DNA of 56,346 nucleotides, filler included, from Bipalium vagum (taxonomy: Eukaryota), in the NCBI GenBank assembly GCA_037834085.1. It is 3 parts of 3 records of this genome, joined end to end, with 100 filler letters (N's around TTAATTAATTAA, not from the genome) between each part and the next. Parts side by side here need not be neighbours in the genome. Positions count along the whole stretch, not along the records: positions 1 to 17,028 come from JBBMKC010081695.1; positions 17,129 to 39,700 come from JBBMKC010219687.1; 1 more part is not named here. One strand, given 5' to 3'. The translations under genes were made by a program, and so were the position numbers. Shown piece after piece: positions 15,738 through 27,529 of this stretch (the first letter of the stretch is position 1; the number at the start of each line of letters is the position of its first letter). Below the pieces are notes generated by a model. It was not told where the DNA came from. It ran no database searches and saw only the letters and a program-made list of their open reading frames with translations.

Positions 15738-15921
15738 TGTGGCGTGGATTGTTGCATTGTAATGTATGGTTAGTTTTTGCATTGGACAATTTACACAGTA
15801 AGATAACTCTAAAAATGCGCGAGTTTTAATTTATAAAATACTAATAACTTAATGTTAATCAAATATTCAGATGTTCCATGTTCAAATCTCTCCTTTTATA
15901 GGATATTAAGCAATTCTTACA
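15738..15921 (-). mobile_element. Possible short solo LTR
   Basis: Minus strand TGTAAG...TATAAAAGG...ATTAAA...CGCCACA; flanks ATAC/ATCC form a near 4-bp duplication. Confidence 0.35.
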
Positions 15922-17028
15922 ATCCAGAGGCTGGTTGTTAAGTTCCTTTATTTGATTCTTCATTACTTAAATTAACTCTAAATTCCTTATTTAAGGACTC
16001 AATTTAAAGATTGGATACTTCATATTTTAATTCTAAAGCATTGTTTTAAATTTTCTAATCTCAAGCATTTTATTGTCCCTGAAAATGTGAAAGAATTTAT
16101 TAATCTCCAAAATATGCTATTAAAATTAAATTACATAATTTTTCATTTAAATATTAATACAGTACAACTCGCTTAATATCACGGCGTCAGTTACAGAAAA
16201 AAAATATATTAACCGGGTCGTGATATTAACCATCAACTCGCTTTATATCATGATTCATAATAATAACCGAAAAAATGATTTTTTAAATAAAATAAATAAA
16301 TAAAATAAATAAATAAATAAATATATCAACCAAGGCCTAAACCAAATTAGCATAGTAATTTTCTTTATTATTTTTATTTAACTTGGTATATATTTGGTAT
16401 AGAAAGTCAACAATTTTTATTAATAGTTTTTTACATAAATCATTTGTTTATTTGTTTTATGGTAATGTTAATAATTGATAATTTATAATAAATAAATTAA
16501 TAATAATAGCAATATTAACAATAATAATATTACCAATAACAATATTAACAATAATTATATTCGTTTTTTGACTTGATGATTCCATATTACAAAGATAATA
16601 AAAAAATCACAAAAAAGAATTCTTTATCAAAAATGTCGTTATTTTGGGATTCTCTGCATATGATACTTTTATAAATTGAGAAAGATCGAAAGCAGGATCT
16701 TTTAGTGCATCGTCATCCATTTTGCTTTGCATTTCTGTCATGTCAATAGAGCAAGAAGAACATTTTGGACAGGAAATCATCCAATCTTCCGATAATCACT
16801 ATTTCATAGGATTATCTTCAATTTGTTTTCCCATTTTCCATTTTTCTCTTTTTGTTTGTGATTTACACAACAGTTAGGTTTGGTAAATCATCTCAGGACC
16901 TTACCACAGGTTACAGAATAACTATGTAAGGATTTAAGGATTCTCGTTTTGAAATCCCCTTGTAAACTCACATTTTTACAAATAAAAATATTTGTATTTG
17001 ATTTCAGTTGTTTTTATTTATCCTATTT

Positions 17029-17128
17029 NNNNNNNNNNNNNNNNNNNNNNNNNNNNNNNNNNNNNNNNNNNNTTAATTAATTAANNNNNNNNNNNNNNNN
17101 NNNNNNNNNNNNNNNNNNNNNNNNNNNN
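17029..17128. other. Assembly gap with artificial spacer
   Basis: 44 N + TTAATTAATTAA + 44 N. Confidence 0.97.
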
Positions 17129-17999
17129 ATATTTGTAAATTCCCTCTTTTGGACTTCTTTAAAAATAAAAAATACTTTTGGAGGGTTGTTTTATTTTCTA
17201 AGTATTTTCAAACTAAAAATATCTGGGAATTTTTAATCGCTTTTCAAGTGTTTTTTATTATTATTATTATTATTAATTTTTTTTATTTTTACTTTTTTTA
17301 ACATCTATACTCTTTTTATGATTTTCCTTGATTATCTTTCCTCGGGGGGTGCCTTGGATAAACCCAACAGAACTATGGATAAGAAAGGCGTATTTTTGGT
17401 TTCCAAGTAATTTCTTGTTTAATCTCTTAAAAAGACATTTATGAGGACAGAAAAAGGAGTCCAAAGAAGATCTGTAAGACTATGGTAAGATTTCTTCAAC
17501 GAAAGAAATGTATTTTTCTTCGAAAATGGTCTCTTTTCATTAGTAAATCGATGGACGATGTGGCGGGAAGCAAAAATTGATTATATAGAAAAAGGATTGT
17601 GTGTGTGTGTGTTGCCTACAGAGTTCATTTTTTAGAAATAAAAGATTTCATCTTAGTATCGATCACATTTCTGTGATTTTATTCAAACCACAAATATTTC
17701 TCTTTATTTAAGGAAAAAGTGCCTGGTGAAGACAACAATTTGCACCATCATTTCAGAAGAACCAGAAATTCGGGCATGTTTAAAGTATACTTCGGAGAAA
17801 TAATCATTTTATTAAAAATTTTTAATGGTAAAAGGATGACCTCTTCATCGTGGAAAATATTCAATGATACAAAACTGAAATGGTTTATAAAATATATTTT
17901 TGAAAAACTTTCGAAATCAATAGGAAAATTTTTGTCAATTTTCTGAAATTATTATTAATATTATTTGTTAAATTATTATTATTGGTGATATTATTTTTA

Positions 18000-19538
18000 T
18001 TAATAGTTTTTCAACTGCCGGGACTTAAAAGTAAAATTCTTAATAGCGGAAAACCTAACTATACCTTCGTTTGCCAGAAGAGCCTTTTCATATTCCTGGT
18101 CACTTACTGCTTCGGCAAAACTGACTTCAAACTTTTGAAAGATGCTTGTAAAAAAAATAAAATATTCCATTCGAGCCAAAGATTCTCCGAGACATTGTCT
18201 TTTTCCTATTCCAAAAGGAATCAGTTCCTTTCGCGGAGTGTATCTTCTAATGCCCTGGCTGTCCTCTGAAAGAAATCGTTCTGGACTAAACTGCATAGGA
18301 CTCTCCCAGGTGAGAGGATCAATGTGACATGCCAATAGGTTTGTGAAGATAACAGAATTCTTTGGAATGAAATACCCGTCTACACTAGAATCGTCTAGAG
18401 TTCTGTGGGGAAGTCCTAAAGGCAGCACTGAGCTCAATCGGACTATTTCATCCATTACAGCCTGAGTGTAATGAAGCTCAACCTTGTCATTCATAACCAC
18501 TGTCCTTTCTTCTCCAATTTTGTCAACAATCTCAGCATGAACCTTTTCCTGGATCTCTGGATATCTCGAGAGAAACAGACAGGCCCAGCCGAGAGTTGTT
18601 GAAGTGGTCTCATAACCTCCACTAAACAATTCCAAAATAACACGAATTAACTGCCATTCTGTGAAGGTATCTTCTGTTCCGGTTTTCTTTCTCATTTCGT
18701 GCTGCTTGAGTAGAAAGCGATCAATTAGGTCTTCTCCTTCAGAATTGAGATCTAAACATTTTGAGTGTTTCTGAATTTCCATACGGAAAATCTGATAAAC
18801 CTCATCAAACCTTGTCACTCTATCGGAAAAGAACCCTGTAAATTTTTGAAACAGCCAAGAACTATCCAAAGCGGGGAACATTGTGAAAAACAGTCGACCA
18901 TAATCCCTTTCTCTTGCCTGATCATGTACAAGTCTATCAATCAGCATGATTCTGGGATCACCCTTGATGAATCGCTTGCTCATTATGAACTTTGAAATGA
19001 TGTTTCCTGTGGAATATAAAATCAGCTTCGAAAAGTTTAAGCTTTTCCCATCAAACTTTTCAAGTTCGTCCAATAAATATTGGCATTCGTTTTGAATGAT
19101 TTCCATTGCTCTCGATTTACCCAGACCGAAATCACGTAGTACTGTTAAGACAAAAGAGCGCTGTTTAGCCCAGTGCTCTCCGTCTTTGAATACTATTCCG
19201 GAATCATGGGTGAACTGTTTGATCATCTCAAGCTGCAATCTACCAGAGAACGTATCCCCGTCTTCCTTTACCGCCTTTTTCATAATATCATAATTGCATA
19301 TGACGACAACATCTCTCATTCCCATTTTTATCTTGAATAAGGGCCCATGTATTGCACTCAAGTTTTTTAAATGCCAAGCAAGAGAAATCTTTACTCCATG
19401 CATCATACCAATTATAGGAAGACCCTTCTCACAAGGAAGCTCTCTCAGTCCTTGAGGCAAGCTTGAACTACTACCTGCGAATTTGTAATATACATAAATC
19501 AGCAGCACTACAAGGCCTAATGTTATTAGTGAAATCAT
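18000..19538 (-). CDS. Cytochrome P450, CYP2-clan-like, intronless, 512 aa
   Basis: N-terminal TM anchor, WAKQR (WxxxR), GGYETT (I-helix), EIVR (ExxR), PERF, FGIGKRQCLG heme-binding motif; uninterrupted ORF. Confidence 0.96.
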   Translation of the reverse strand: MISLITLGLVVLLIYVYYKFAGSSSSLPQGLRELPCEKGLPIIGMMHGVKISLAWHLKNLSAIHGPLFKIKMGMRDVVVICNYDIMKKAVKEDGDTFSGRLQLEMIKQFTHDSGIVFKDGEHWAKQRSFVLTVLRDFGLGKSRAMEIIQNECQYLLDELEKFDGKSLNFSKLILYSTGNIISKFIMSKRFIKGDPRIMLIDRLVHDQARERDYGRLFFTMFPALDSSWLFQKFTGFFSDRVTRFDEVYQIFRMEIQKHSKCLDLNSEGEDLIDRFLLKQHEMRKKTGTEDTFTEWQLIRVILELFSGGYETTSTTLGWACLFLSRYPEIQEKVHAEIVDKIGEERTVVMNDKVELHYTQAVMDEIVRLSSVLPLGLPHRTLDDSSVDGYFIPKNSVIFTNLLACHIDPLTWESPMQFSPERFLSEDSQGIRRYTPRKELIPFGIGKRQCLGESLARMEYFIFFTSIFQKFEVSFAEAVSDQEYEKALLANEGIVRFSAIKNFTFKSRQLKNY

Positions 19539-19699
19539 AACAAAATATAAAGTTCAGTCAAACGATTAAAGTTGGTTAATAAATACACATAAATACACAA
19601 GTCCATTGGTATAAATATACAAAGTTTAAGAGACTTTAGTGCACTTGACCAATAGCAGTCCAACATCTCTCATTGTGGTGATTGTGGTGTCCATGCAAT

Positions 19700-19713
19700 C
19701 ACGTGTATTTATA
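19700..19713 (-). promoter_or_regulatory. Candidate TATA box and adjacent E-box upstream of the P450
   Basis: Minus-strand TATAAA (19708-19713) next to CACGTG (19700-19705), ~170 nt upstream of the ATG. Short motifs in AT-rich DNA are weak evidence. Confidence 0.3.
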
Positions 19714-19919
19714 AAAATTACGAAAAATAATATTTTAAATTTTTTTTAAAAAATAAAATAATAACATTGTTATGTAAGGGAATTAGTTCTCGTCGTTTTG
19801 TTATAGATTAATTATTATTATTATTATAAATATCTTGTGTTTGTCATACAAAAAACAAGTTATATTGTAATACATCTATGGTTAGTATTTATTTTAACTG
19901 ATTAAATAGTTTATTTTAG

Positions 19920-20870
19920 CAAAAATGCAAAATTATAGACCAAGAAAACAGCATTTGCGGGAATAATTATTTTACTACAATTAAAGAAATCAGCAGTCGA
20001 AGCTCATAAATTAATATCAAAGCTTAGGGTAAATATGCACTGACATTTATTATAATTATTTTTAATATTTAAAAAATGAGTTAATTTTATTTATGATGAT
20101 ATCACTAAACGTTGATATTTAAATAAATCTATTTTTATTGACATTATCTTTTCAAATTCCCATACATCTTCTCTTCTATATTACTATTTAATTTTCCAAG
20201 GTGTTTTAAACCGTATTATTTATTTGATCTTTTATTATTTTTTCTGGGTGTGAATAAAATTGATTACTCCAATTTCATTTGTTTCTGTATTAATTTTAAA
20301 TGTAATAAAATCTGATAATTAAATTTACAGGGTAGTCATCCGAAAACCGGGAAATTTCAAAAAAAAATATTTACAACAAATATACATGAATTTCATAAAT
20401 GTTCAAAATGGCATCCCTGCTCAGCATAACATTGTCCTAACAGTGGGATCCAAGCTTCCCTTGCCGTTCGAAGTTATTCCACATGCAATTTAACGCTAAA
20501 CAAGCTAGGCGGAATACTCAAATTATTAAATACATTTTGATCACTTTATCAGTTTTAATTATTATGTTTATAGCACGAATCTGGATACAAAATTCTACAT
20601 GACCTCTCGCCTACTGATTATCATTTTTCAAACATCTGCTCTCTTTCATTCTGGAAAAAACTTGTAGAACCAGAATAATGTCAAATCGACCTTTAACGAT
20701 TTTGTCGCCTCCAAAAAACCAAACTTTTATGACTGGAATATAAAAACTTGTCTCACGATTGGAAGTATGTTCAATCGAATGTTTGTTATTGTGATTAATA
20801 GAATTTTTACGTGTCTTATCGTTTTAAAATTCAATTTCGAAAACAGAAATTTCTTTTGCATCAACCCAAT
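19920..20870 (+). mobile_element. Fragmented mariner element
   Basis: N-terminal KQHLRE..KSAVEAHKLI at ~19945-20015; DLSPTDYHFFKHL at ~20600; 3' TIR-like TTCTTTTGCATCAACCCAATA ending ~20870. Confidence 0.7.
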
Positions 20871-21352
20871 ATCATACAAACTAGTCTTAGCAATATTTAC
20901 ATGTGTTACTTTTAATTGTTTATTTAATGGGAAAAATCATAACTTTATTTATGAATATTATATTATTCTCTTGGATTGTATAATTAAAGTAATATTTCGT
21001 ACTATTTTCTGAAATAGGAGTTGATAAAGGCTATATCAAATATCATGGCTTTAATTTGAATTTAAACACACATACAGTAAAATATGTTAAACTACTAAAT
21101 GAATCTTGGACTGACTTTCAGCTTTTCTTGGAATTGGTTTGTAACTAGTGTCGACCCCCAATCATCAACGAGTTTAGTTTAAATATTTTTTTAAATTACC
21201 ATTAGGGATTAGGTCTTAAATTTTATAAGTAAAAATTCCGGTGCTTTACTACAAAAATTAATCGCCTGCACTGCCTAAAACTCTAATTACAGTGCGTTTT
21301 CCTTTTAATTCTGAAAATTAATTACTAAGCATCCTTATTAAAAATAAACTAG

Positions 21353-21540
21353 AAAAATGTACAGATGCACGCTTTTTAGGTTATATTACAAAATATATAC
21401 ATTTTGTAGGGGCTCGGACTTCACAAACACCAAAGTTTTGGAAAAATAAACATTAAAAATATTTTCAATTTGTAAACATGCAAAATAAATGAGCTAACCT
21501 AACCTTAACCTAATGCATAACGGTATCGATGTACATTTTT
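21353..21540. mobile_element. Small inverted-repeat element with (CTAAC)n tract (MITE or HINE-like)
   Basis: AAAAATGTACA (21353-21363) and TGTACATTTTT (21530-21540) are exact inverted repeats; internal CTAACCTAACCTTAACCTAA. Confidence 0.45.
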
Positions 21541-21646
21541 TATAAAAAGACATTAGGAAATTAAAAAATTAAATTTCATAGAAAATGAGAATGAAAAGCG
21601 CGACTAGAAAAACTTAAATGCCGTCACTAAAAGAGCGTGTGACCAA

Positions 21647-24600
21647 TCACGGCGCGAAGTATTTTACAGCCAAGTAAATGACGTAGCCAATCAGAAGCAT
21701 TATATGTCCGGCAAACTTCAATCGCCTCCAACACTCAATCGAATGTTTCATACTGTATCCCTGACAAAAGAAATTCAATAATTCGTTTACATTCAACTCA
21801 ATTTTACTTGACTGTGGCCAACACTATCGTCAAACATTGCAGCGATATAAGCCAAGAAGACCATACCCATCAACGTGAATGTAATGTTGAAGAACAGAGA
21901 AATGATATGATATTTCTGAAATGAAGTGATAATACAAGCACGTGTTTTATATTACTAATTAAAGGGGTCTTTAACTCTACCATGCGTTAAATATTGTCAA
22001 TCAAAACAGAACAATCAAGCTGCACTACAAGCACTCATGCAACACACTTTCCACTACAAAAAATAATCACACACCGTTGATTACAGTATCATATTTCAAG
22101 TGAGAAAATTGTTTTTGCAATTTACTTTTCTCATAGTACATTTATTGTGAATTTTGTTTATCTAACCATCAGACATACAAAAAGCTTCCATTTCACAGCA
22201 CTCTTTTTTCTTGTCACATCTCAAGTTTAATACATTACTCGTAACACATTGTAGATTGTACTGAAAAAGATTAATGACCATTGTGTTTTACTACTGAAAA
22301 GAACATTTGCTGTAACTTCAACCCCAACGTTAACTTTGACAAATTCTATCCTGCTTCAGCCACTCAATCCATACTTTTCAACAATCGATCTCAAAAGTTA
22401 TTCCCTTTCAACTAGTCATAACTAAAGTTTTAGTTTAATGTTTATTGATTTTAAATCAATTTTTATCTGAAAATCGATTTACCTTGAAAAATATTATCAC
22501 TAAATCGGCAATAAAAACTAATATTTAGTTTAACCATAAACTCAGATGTGCATTGTGATTTTATATCAATTTTGTTAAGTCTTTAAATCGATTTCTCAAG
22601 AAAATATCAAAATTGAATATCAATAGATAAAAAAATATTTCAAAATCATGCAAAAGAAAAACATTAATTTTCAACCTTAAACATTCCATAATATCGATTT
22701 ATGTATACTATATCTGGATTTATCATCGATTTTTAATCAATTGTATTTTGTGTCGTTGAACCTAAAATTGTAATCCGTTCCCATTTCTCTCTACGTTCAC
22801 GAGTTTCATTCGTTTCTCGATTTCCCATGTAAAGATTGATATTACAAATTAAATACTGATCAATTTCATTGATTTTTTCTGTGTTGCGATATGATATTTT
22901 AATTTAAATAAGACAGTCATTTTGAAAATAAATCGATACGAAGCCCATTTTTTATTGCTCAGTATCAATTTCAAAAATGAGACTCACCTTGAACTTGTGA
23001 CTACACGAGTCGTGACAAGGTCGGGCCTTGATGCACGAATTGGTGGTTTTTGCCAGCTGAGATCGCAAAACTGAAATCCGAAAGATAATAAATATAAAAA
23101 AATTGGGAGAAAAGTCAATTAATAATAATAATCGATCCGATATAACCGACAAAAACGAACCGTATTCAACGTAACTGTATACACCCAACGAAATCAATAT
23201 AGCCGATAAAGCGAAATTGAAACCCTGAACCAAAAAATTGATAAGTTTTTTCTTTCAATTTCCCCAATGAAACAATCAATAATCTCACGTGGAGCAAAGA
23301 GCTGGCGACAAAGGTCAACAAGATGGCAAAAAATCGTCCGAATCTTCGACAAGGGAAAAACACGTCTATTACAAATTTAGGCAACAAAATAGAAAATTTA
23401 ATAAAAATTGATAAATTTACAATTTTTCAACCAGAAATGCATAGGCAGATTCCATAGGGTGACCACATCGATCAACGAACGTGGAATTTCGATCGATAAC
23501 GGATGAACAATTGGTTGAAACCTTTCGGGAATGAAAAAATCCAATATTATTTTCGCATCATAGAAAAATAACTAAATCGATTCAAGACCAAAGGTAAATG
23601 AAGCAACAAATCGATAACGGATGTCACTTTAAAAATCTATATTGAATAATAATCAATAAATAAATATTATTTAATTATAAATATTTTTAATCAATAAAAA
23701 TAATCGATAATAATGTTACTATTCATCACAAAATCGATAGAATAAAATTGAGAAATAAAAAATTTTTTAAAAAATCAATAAAATTTACTTGAAATCGATT
23801 TTATTCTTTTTATGATCGCCACCATTGTCATCATCGCTAAGCCCCACCGAGTTCATGTAGCCAATGGACAGAAAGCTAATGAAATAATGGCTGAATCGGA
23901 ACGATTGTGCGTCCTGGTACGCTCGAACCCATCTGCGAAAAATAAAATCCATCAATCGATTTTTACTTTTAGTAATTAGCTTTTCATTGAAAAAATTCAA
24001 TTGAGATCAAAGAATTTTTAAGTTATTTTTTAAAAAATCAATAAATAATAATCGATTAAACAAGTGAAGTCATTGTCCCACTTTGATTGGGGCAGAGCGG
24101 AGAAAATGAATTGGCTGCCGCAAGTGGAAAACAAAAGGCAGATGAGGCCGAGGCCAAAATTTTTCACTGTCAGTAATATCGATCGATAGATCGCCGTCGC
24201 CTGAAAAAGAAAAATATTTAATTATCGACGATCGATAAATTAGTCAATTGACTGAAACACGCACGGAGAAGTTTAATGAGCACCGACTCCAGCGATCGTA
24301 CAATCGGTAATCAAACCACGGTCCGTAAAGAATGGAGCACGGCGTCAGGAGGTACCCGACCAATTTGACAGCGGGAACCCCTTGTAGACTGGCTCGATCG
24401 ATATCGATCGATATGGAGATGATTTTCATTAGTAGAATCATGAAGGGACCTGAACGGAAAATCGATAAGGAACGAAAAGAAGGATGAAAGGAAAAGGAAA
24501 ATATTGTCTATCATAGTTTACCTCTTAGAGAGTGCCATTTGACAGGATCGACATGGAATTCACTTTAAATAAAGACAAAAAACAGAAAAATCAATCAATG

Positions 24601-25125
24601 CATTTAAAGAAGATACTTAAAGACGATATAAATCGCCGACAGCGCCAAAACACTCAAAAGACATGACGATTTCCCTTGGGCAGCACCGATTACACAAACC
24701 GCAGTGAGGCCGAATAAGAGAATGCTACCAGTTCCGCTTTCAAAGGTGTCCAGGAGTAAATAAATTCCTGTTTGGAAAAATGATCAAATTATGACTAAAA
24801 CAGGCACTAGTTGAAATTGAAACAACCTCCGATTGAATTGAGACAACATATGAGAATATCTTTGAAAAATTGAATCCCTAATTAATAAATAATACACTAC
24901 ATGTGGATGATATTAATTGGACATGTTACCTTTAATCAACTGTAAACAAGTGGTTATTAAATTGATTATAAAACATATTAAGATTCCTTTATAATTACTA
25001 AGAATCACTTGGCTGACAACTGACGGAGCACAGTCTTTTAAATAATATAAAATGTAATTAAAATAATCTTTAAAAAACAAAAGGCTGTTTTCATAATCAT
25101 CATGATCCGTTAAACTGATATCCAT
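21647..25125 (-). CDS. porcn: Porcupine, Wnt O-palmitoleoyltransferase (MBOAT), 13 exons, ~477 aa. Exons 25125-24930, 24877-24827, 24767-24617, 24562-24522, 24449-24265, 24200-24082, 23932-23789, 23521-23421, 23365-23289, 23224-23161, 23070-22988, 21915-21808, 21760-21647
   Basis: All 12 introns are GT-AG and phase-consistent (1434 nt CDS). Motifs: [71 protein letters not shown]|GFNF (catalytic His), SCIKARPCHDSCSH (Cys/His cluster), GYSMKHSIECWRRL. Confidence 0.95.
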
Positions 25126-25836
25126 AATGCTTCAGTCGTTGGAATAAGTGTACGGATTTAAATAATCTTGATTATTGTGATTATTTAAACAAACGTCAAT
25201 ATGACCAATTACAGGTTAAGTAAAAATTATATATAATTTTGTAGTTCCTTTATACCTTTAAATCTTTCGTAACATGAAAGTATTTTTAAAACTAAAAATA
25301 ATGTAGAAAACTCTGTTAGTAGTTGCAGGATTATTGTTAACAAGGGTTAAGTTATTTAAATATTTTACTTAAAATATAGTATCAGTAAAAATTGATTATC
25401 TTCAATTAATTTTATTTATTTTTATAAATTTTAAGATTCACTTCCTTTTCCTGGATTTTTATTAAACTTTAGATTTATTTACATCTTTTTAACTAAGGTT
25501 TCTATTGTATAACCTTATAATATTATTAGTGGAGATTGAGCTAAGACACTCGACGAAAACTATCAGCGAAAAATTGACATTTTTATAAGAAACATTTAAT
25601 TTTGATTTTAGATACTTTCTTATATTTTTGGGCATACTTACTTTAATTTTTCAGAATTTAACTTTAATGTATAATTATTTTAACATTTTCAAGTATAAAA
25701 TAACATTTATTTATTTAGTCATAAAATCAGGATAATAAAAATTAATAAACTGAAAATTAATTATAAATGAGTTTAATTTAGTAAGCTTTGATAAAGTTAG
25801 CTTTCTTCAACAAATCACCTTAACCCCATTGAAGCT

Positions 25837-26066
25837 TGTAGTGATTAGCTCAGTGAGCCTTGTCTGATGTTATATATGACGACTGACGTGATACTATGAG
25901 AGTAACTTAGTTAAAGTATTTTGCATAAGAATGACAATATTGTACAAGAATTACACAGAGACGTACATATTCAATGATAGTATAAATACAGAGACTAAGC
26001 TCACTAAAGTCAGAAATAAAGTAACTAGTACTTCTTGTTCCTCTTATGGTCAGAGTAATTACAACA
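25837..26066 (+). mobile_element. Probable solo LTR upstream of porcupine
   Basis: Starts TGTAGTGATTAGCTC and ends GAGTAATTACAACA (imperfect inverted ends, TG...CA); internal TATAAATA and AATAAA; no clear TSD. Confidence 0.5.
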
Positions 26067-26904
26067 GTTTTTAAGAATAAGATTAGAATTAATAAGAACT
26101 AATCAATTCAAGTAATTAATATTCTTTTTTTAAATTCTTTATTGAAGTCTTTTAGATCTATACAAATTCATAGTTTTCTTTAAAAAATAGTCCTGTTTCT
26201 CTTTGACAAGGAACCTAAATAACCAATAGCAAAGGTGTTTAATTCAACGGACCATCGTCGTAATGAATCCTCTTCTGGTTATATCAATTTTTTTTCAGTG
26301 TCAAGTAGAAATTTCACAATAATCGAAATAATTTATTTGACATTTTAAATTCAAATTGGAAATAAAGTTAGTTATTTCTAATTTTAAATATTAAATTACT
26401 TTATTTTTATTTGGGTAACCTAAAGTCTCAAAGATAGCTCTCGGATTATATAAAAGTAAAACCTTTTGATAGAAAATATTGATGATTATTTTTAATTTTT
26501 TACTTTGATATATCATCTTGTATCAGATAATTCAATATTTCTGACGCTGGAACTGACATTTAATAAATTTTCATTCACTTCTATTTAAGTTTTCATATGA
26601 CTTTTAAGAAAGGTTTCTATTAGTTGTACTGTTTGAACTTAAATTTTTTAATCAAATCTAAAAAGATTAACAGAAATAATATTGAAATAACCACTTAATC
26701 AAGTCCCGTATAACATTCGCAATTAAACTATATTAAATGCACGATTTAAAATTAAATTTTTTATTTGGAAAATTGATTTTTTTTAAAAACAATGACCTAC
26801 TGCATTTCAATGAAATTTCAACAAAAAATATTTTTAAAAAGAAATATAAGATAAAATATACTACAATTAAATTTTTAACTAATTTTTAAATATATCTTAT
26901 AAAC

Positions 26905-27410
26905 AGGTGACGGTATCTCACCCGTTCGATAATTTAAATATCAATATATCATCTGAAAGAAAATAAAATTCTTATTATGAAACTTAAATTTTTTTCAAAT
27001 TAACTCAATAAATAAAAAGATATTAACAAATAAAAATATTTTAAAAACTTGAAAAAATTCTAATTTGACACGGTAACCATAGTTACCTAATAAAATAATA
27101 TACCTAAACAATATATAAACTAAAAAATTTTATAAAAATCTATACTTTTTAAACGAAAGTTTAAGGTTTTTAGCCGTAAATCAATCCCTAACCCTAATAA
27201 AAAGAATAATTTTAAATGTATTCTCAGAATTTTTTACCCTAACCCTAACACTAATTAAAAGAATAATATGATAATAATAATAACAATAATAATAAATGTA
27301 ATATAAAAAAAATTTTTTTTTAATTAAATTAAAATAATTTTATTAAATCTTAATTTTTATTGGTCCATTGACACGAGCCAATCAAAATACGGCGGAGATA
27401 CTATACATAG
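26905..27410. mobile_element. HINE/DINE-like non-autonomous element with telomere-like repeats
   Basis: Imperfect inverted pair GGTATCTCACCCG (26912) / CGGCGGAGATACT (27390); internal CCCTAACCCTAA tracts at ~27186 and ~27237; ATTGG...CCAAT hairpin at ~27359-27382. Confidence 0.45.
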
Positions 27411-27529
27411 ACAATTTTTTTTAAATTTTATTTTATAGTTAAGACAATTTTTTTAAAAATCATTAAAAAAAATAAAAAATAAACATCGATTGTGATAAAA
27501 AAAATTATATTTCAAGACATGAAAAATAA

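Noticed and set aside
17073-17084. TTAATTAATTAA palindrome, also at 39745-39756
   Set aside because: Centred in identical 44N+12+44N blocks, so an assembly spacer. Adjacency across these gaps is not guaranteed.
17273-17580. GC-richer patch with a short ORF and GGCGGGAA
   Set aside because: No recognisable product or coherent splice pattern; adjacent to a gap.
17982-19293. Plus-strand ORFs overlapping the P450
   Set aside because: Antisense shadows of a GC-richer coding region.
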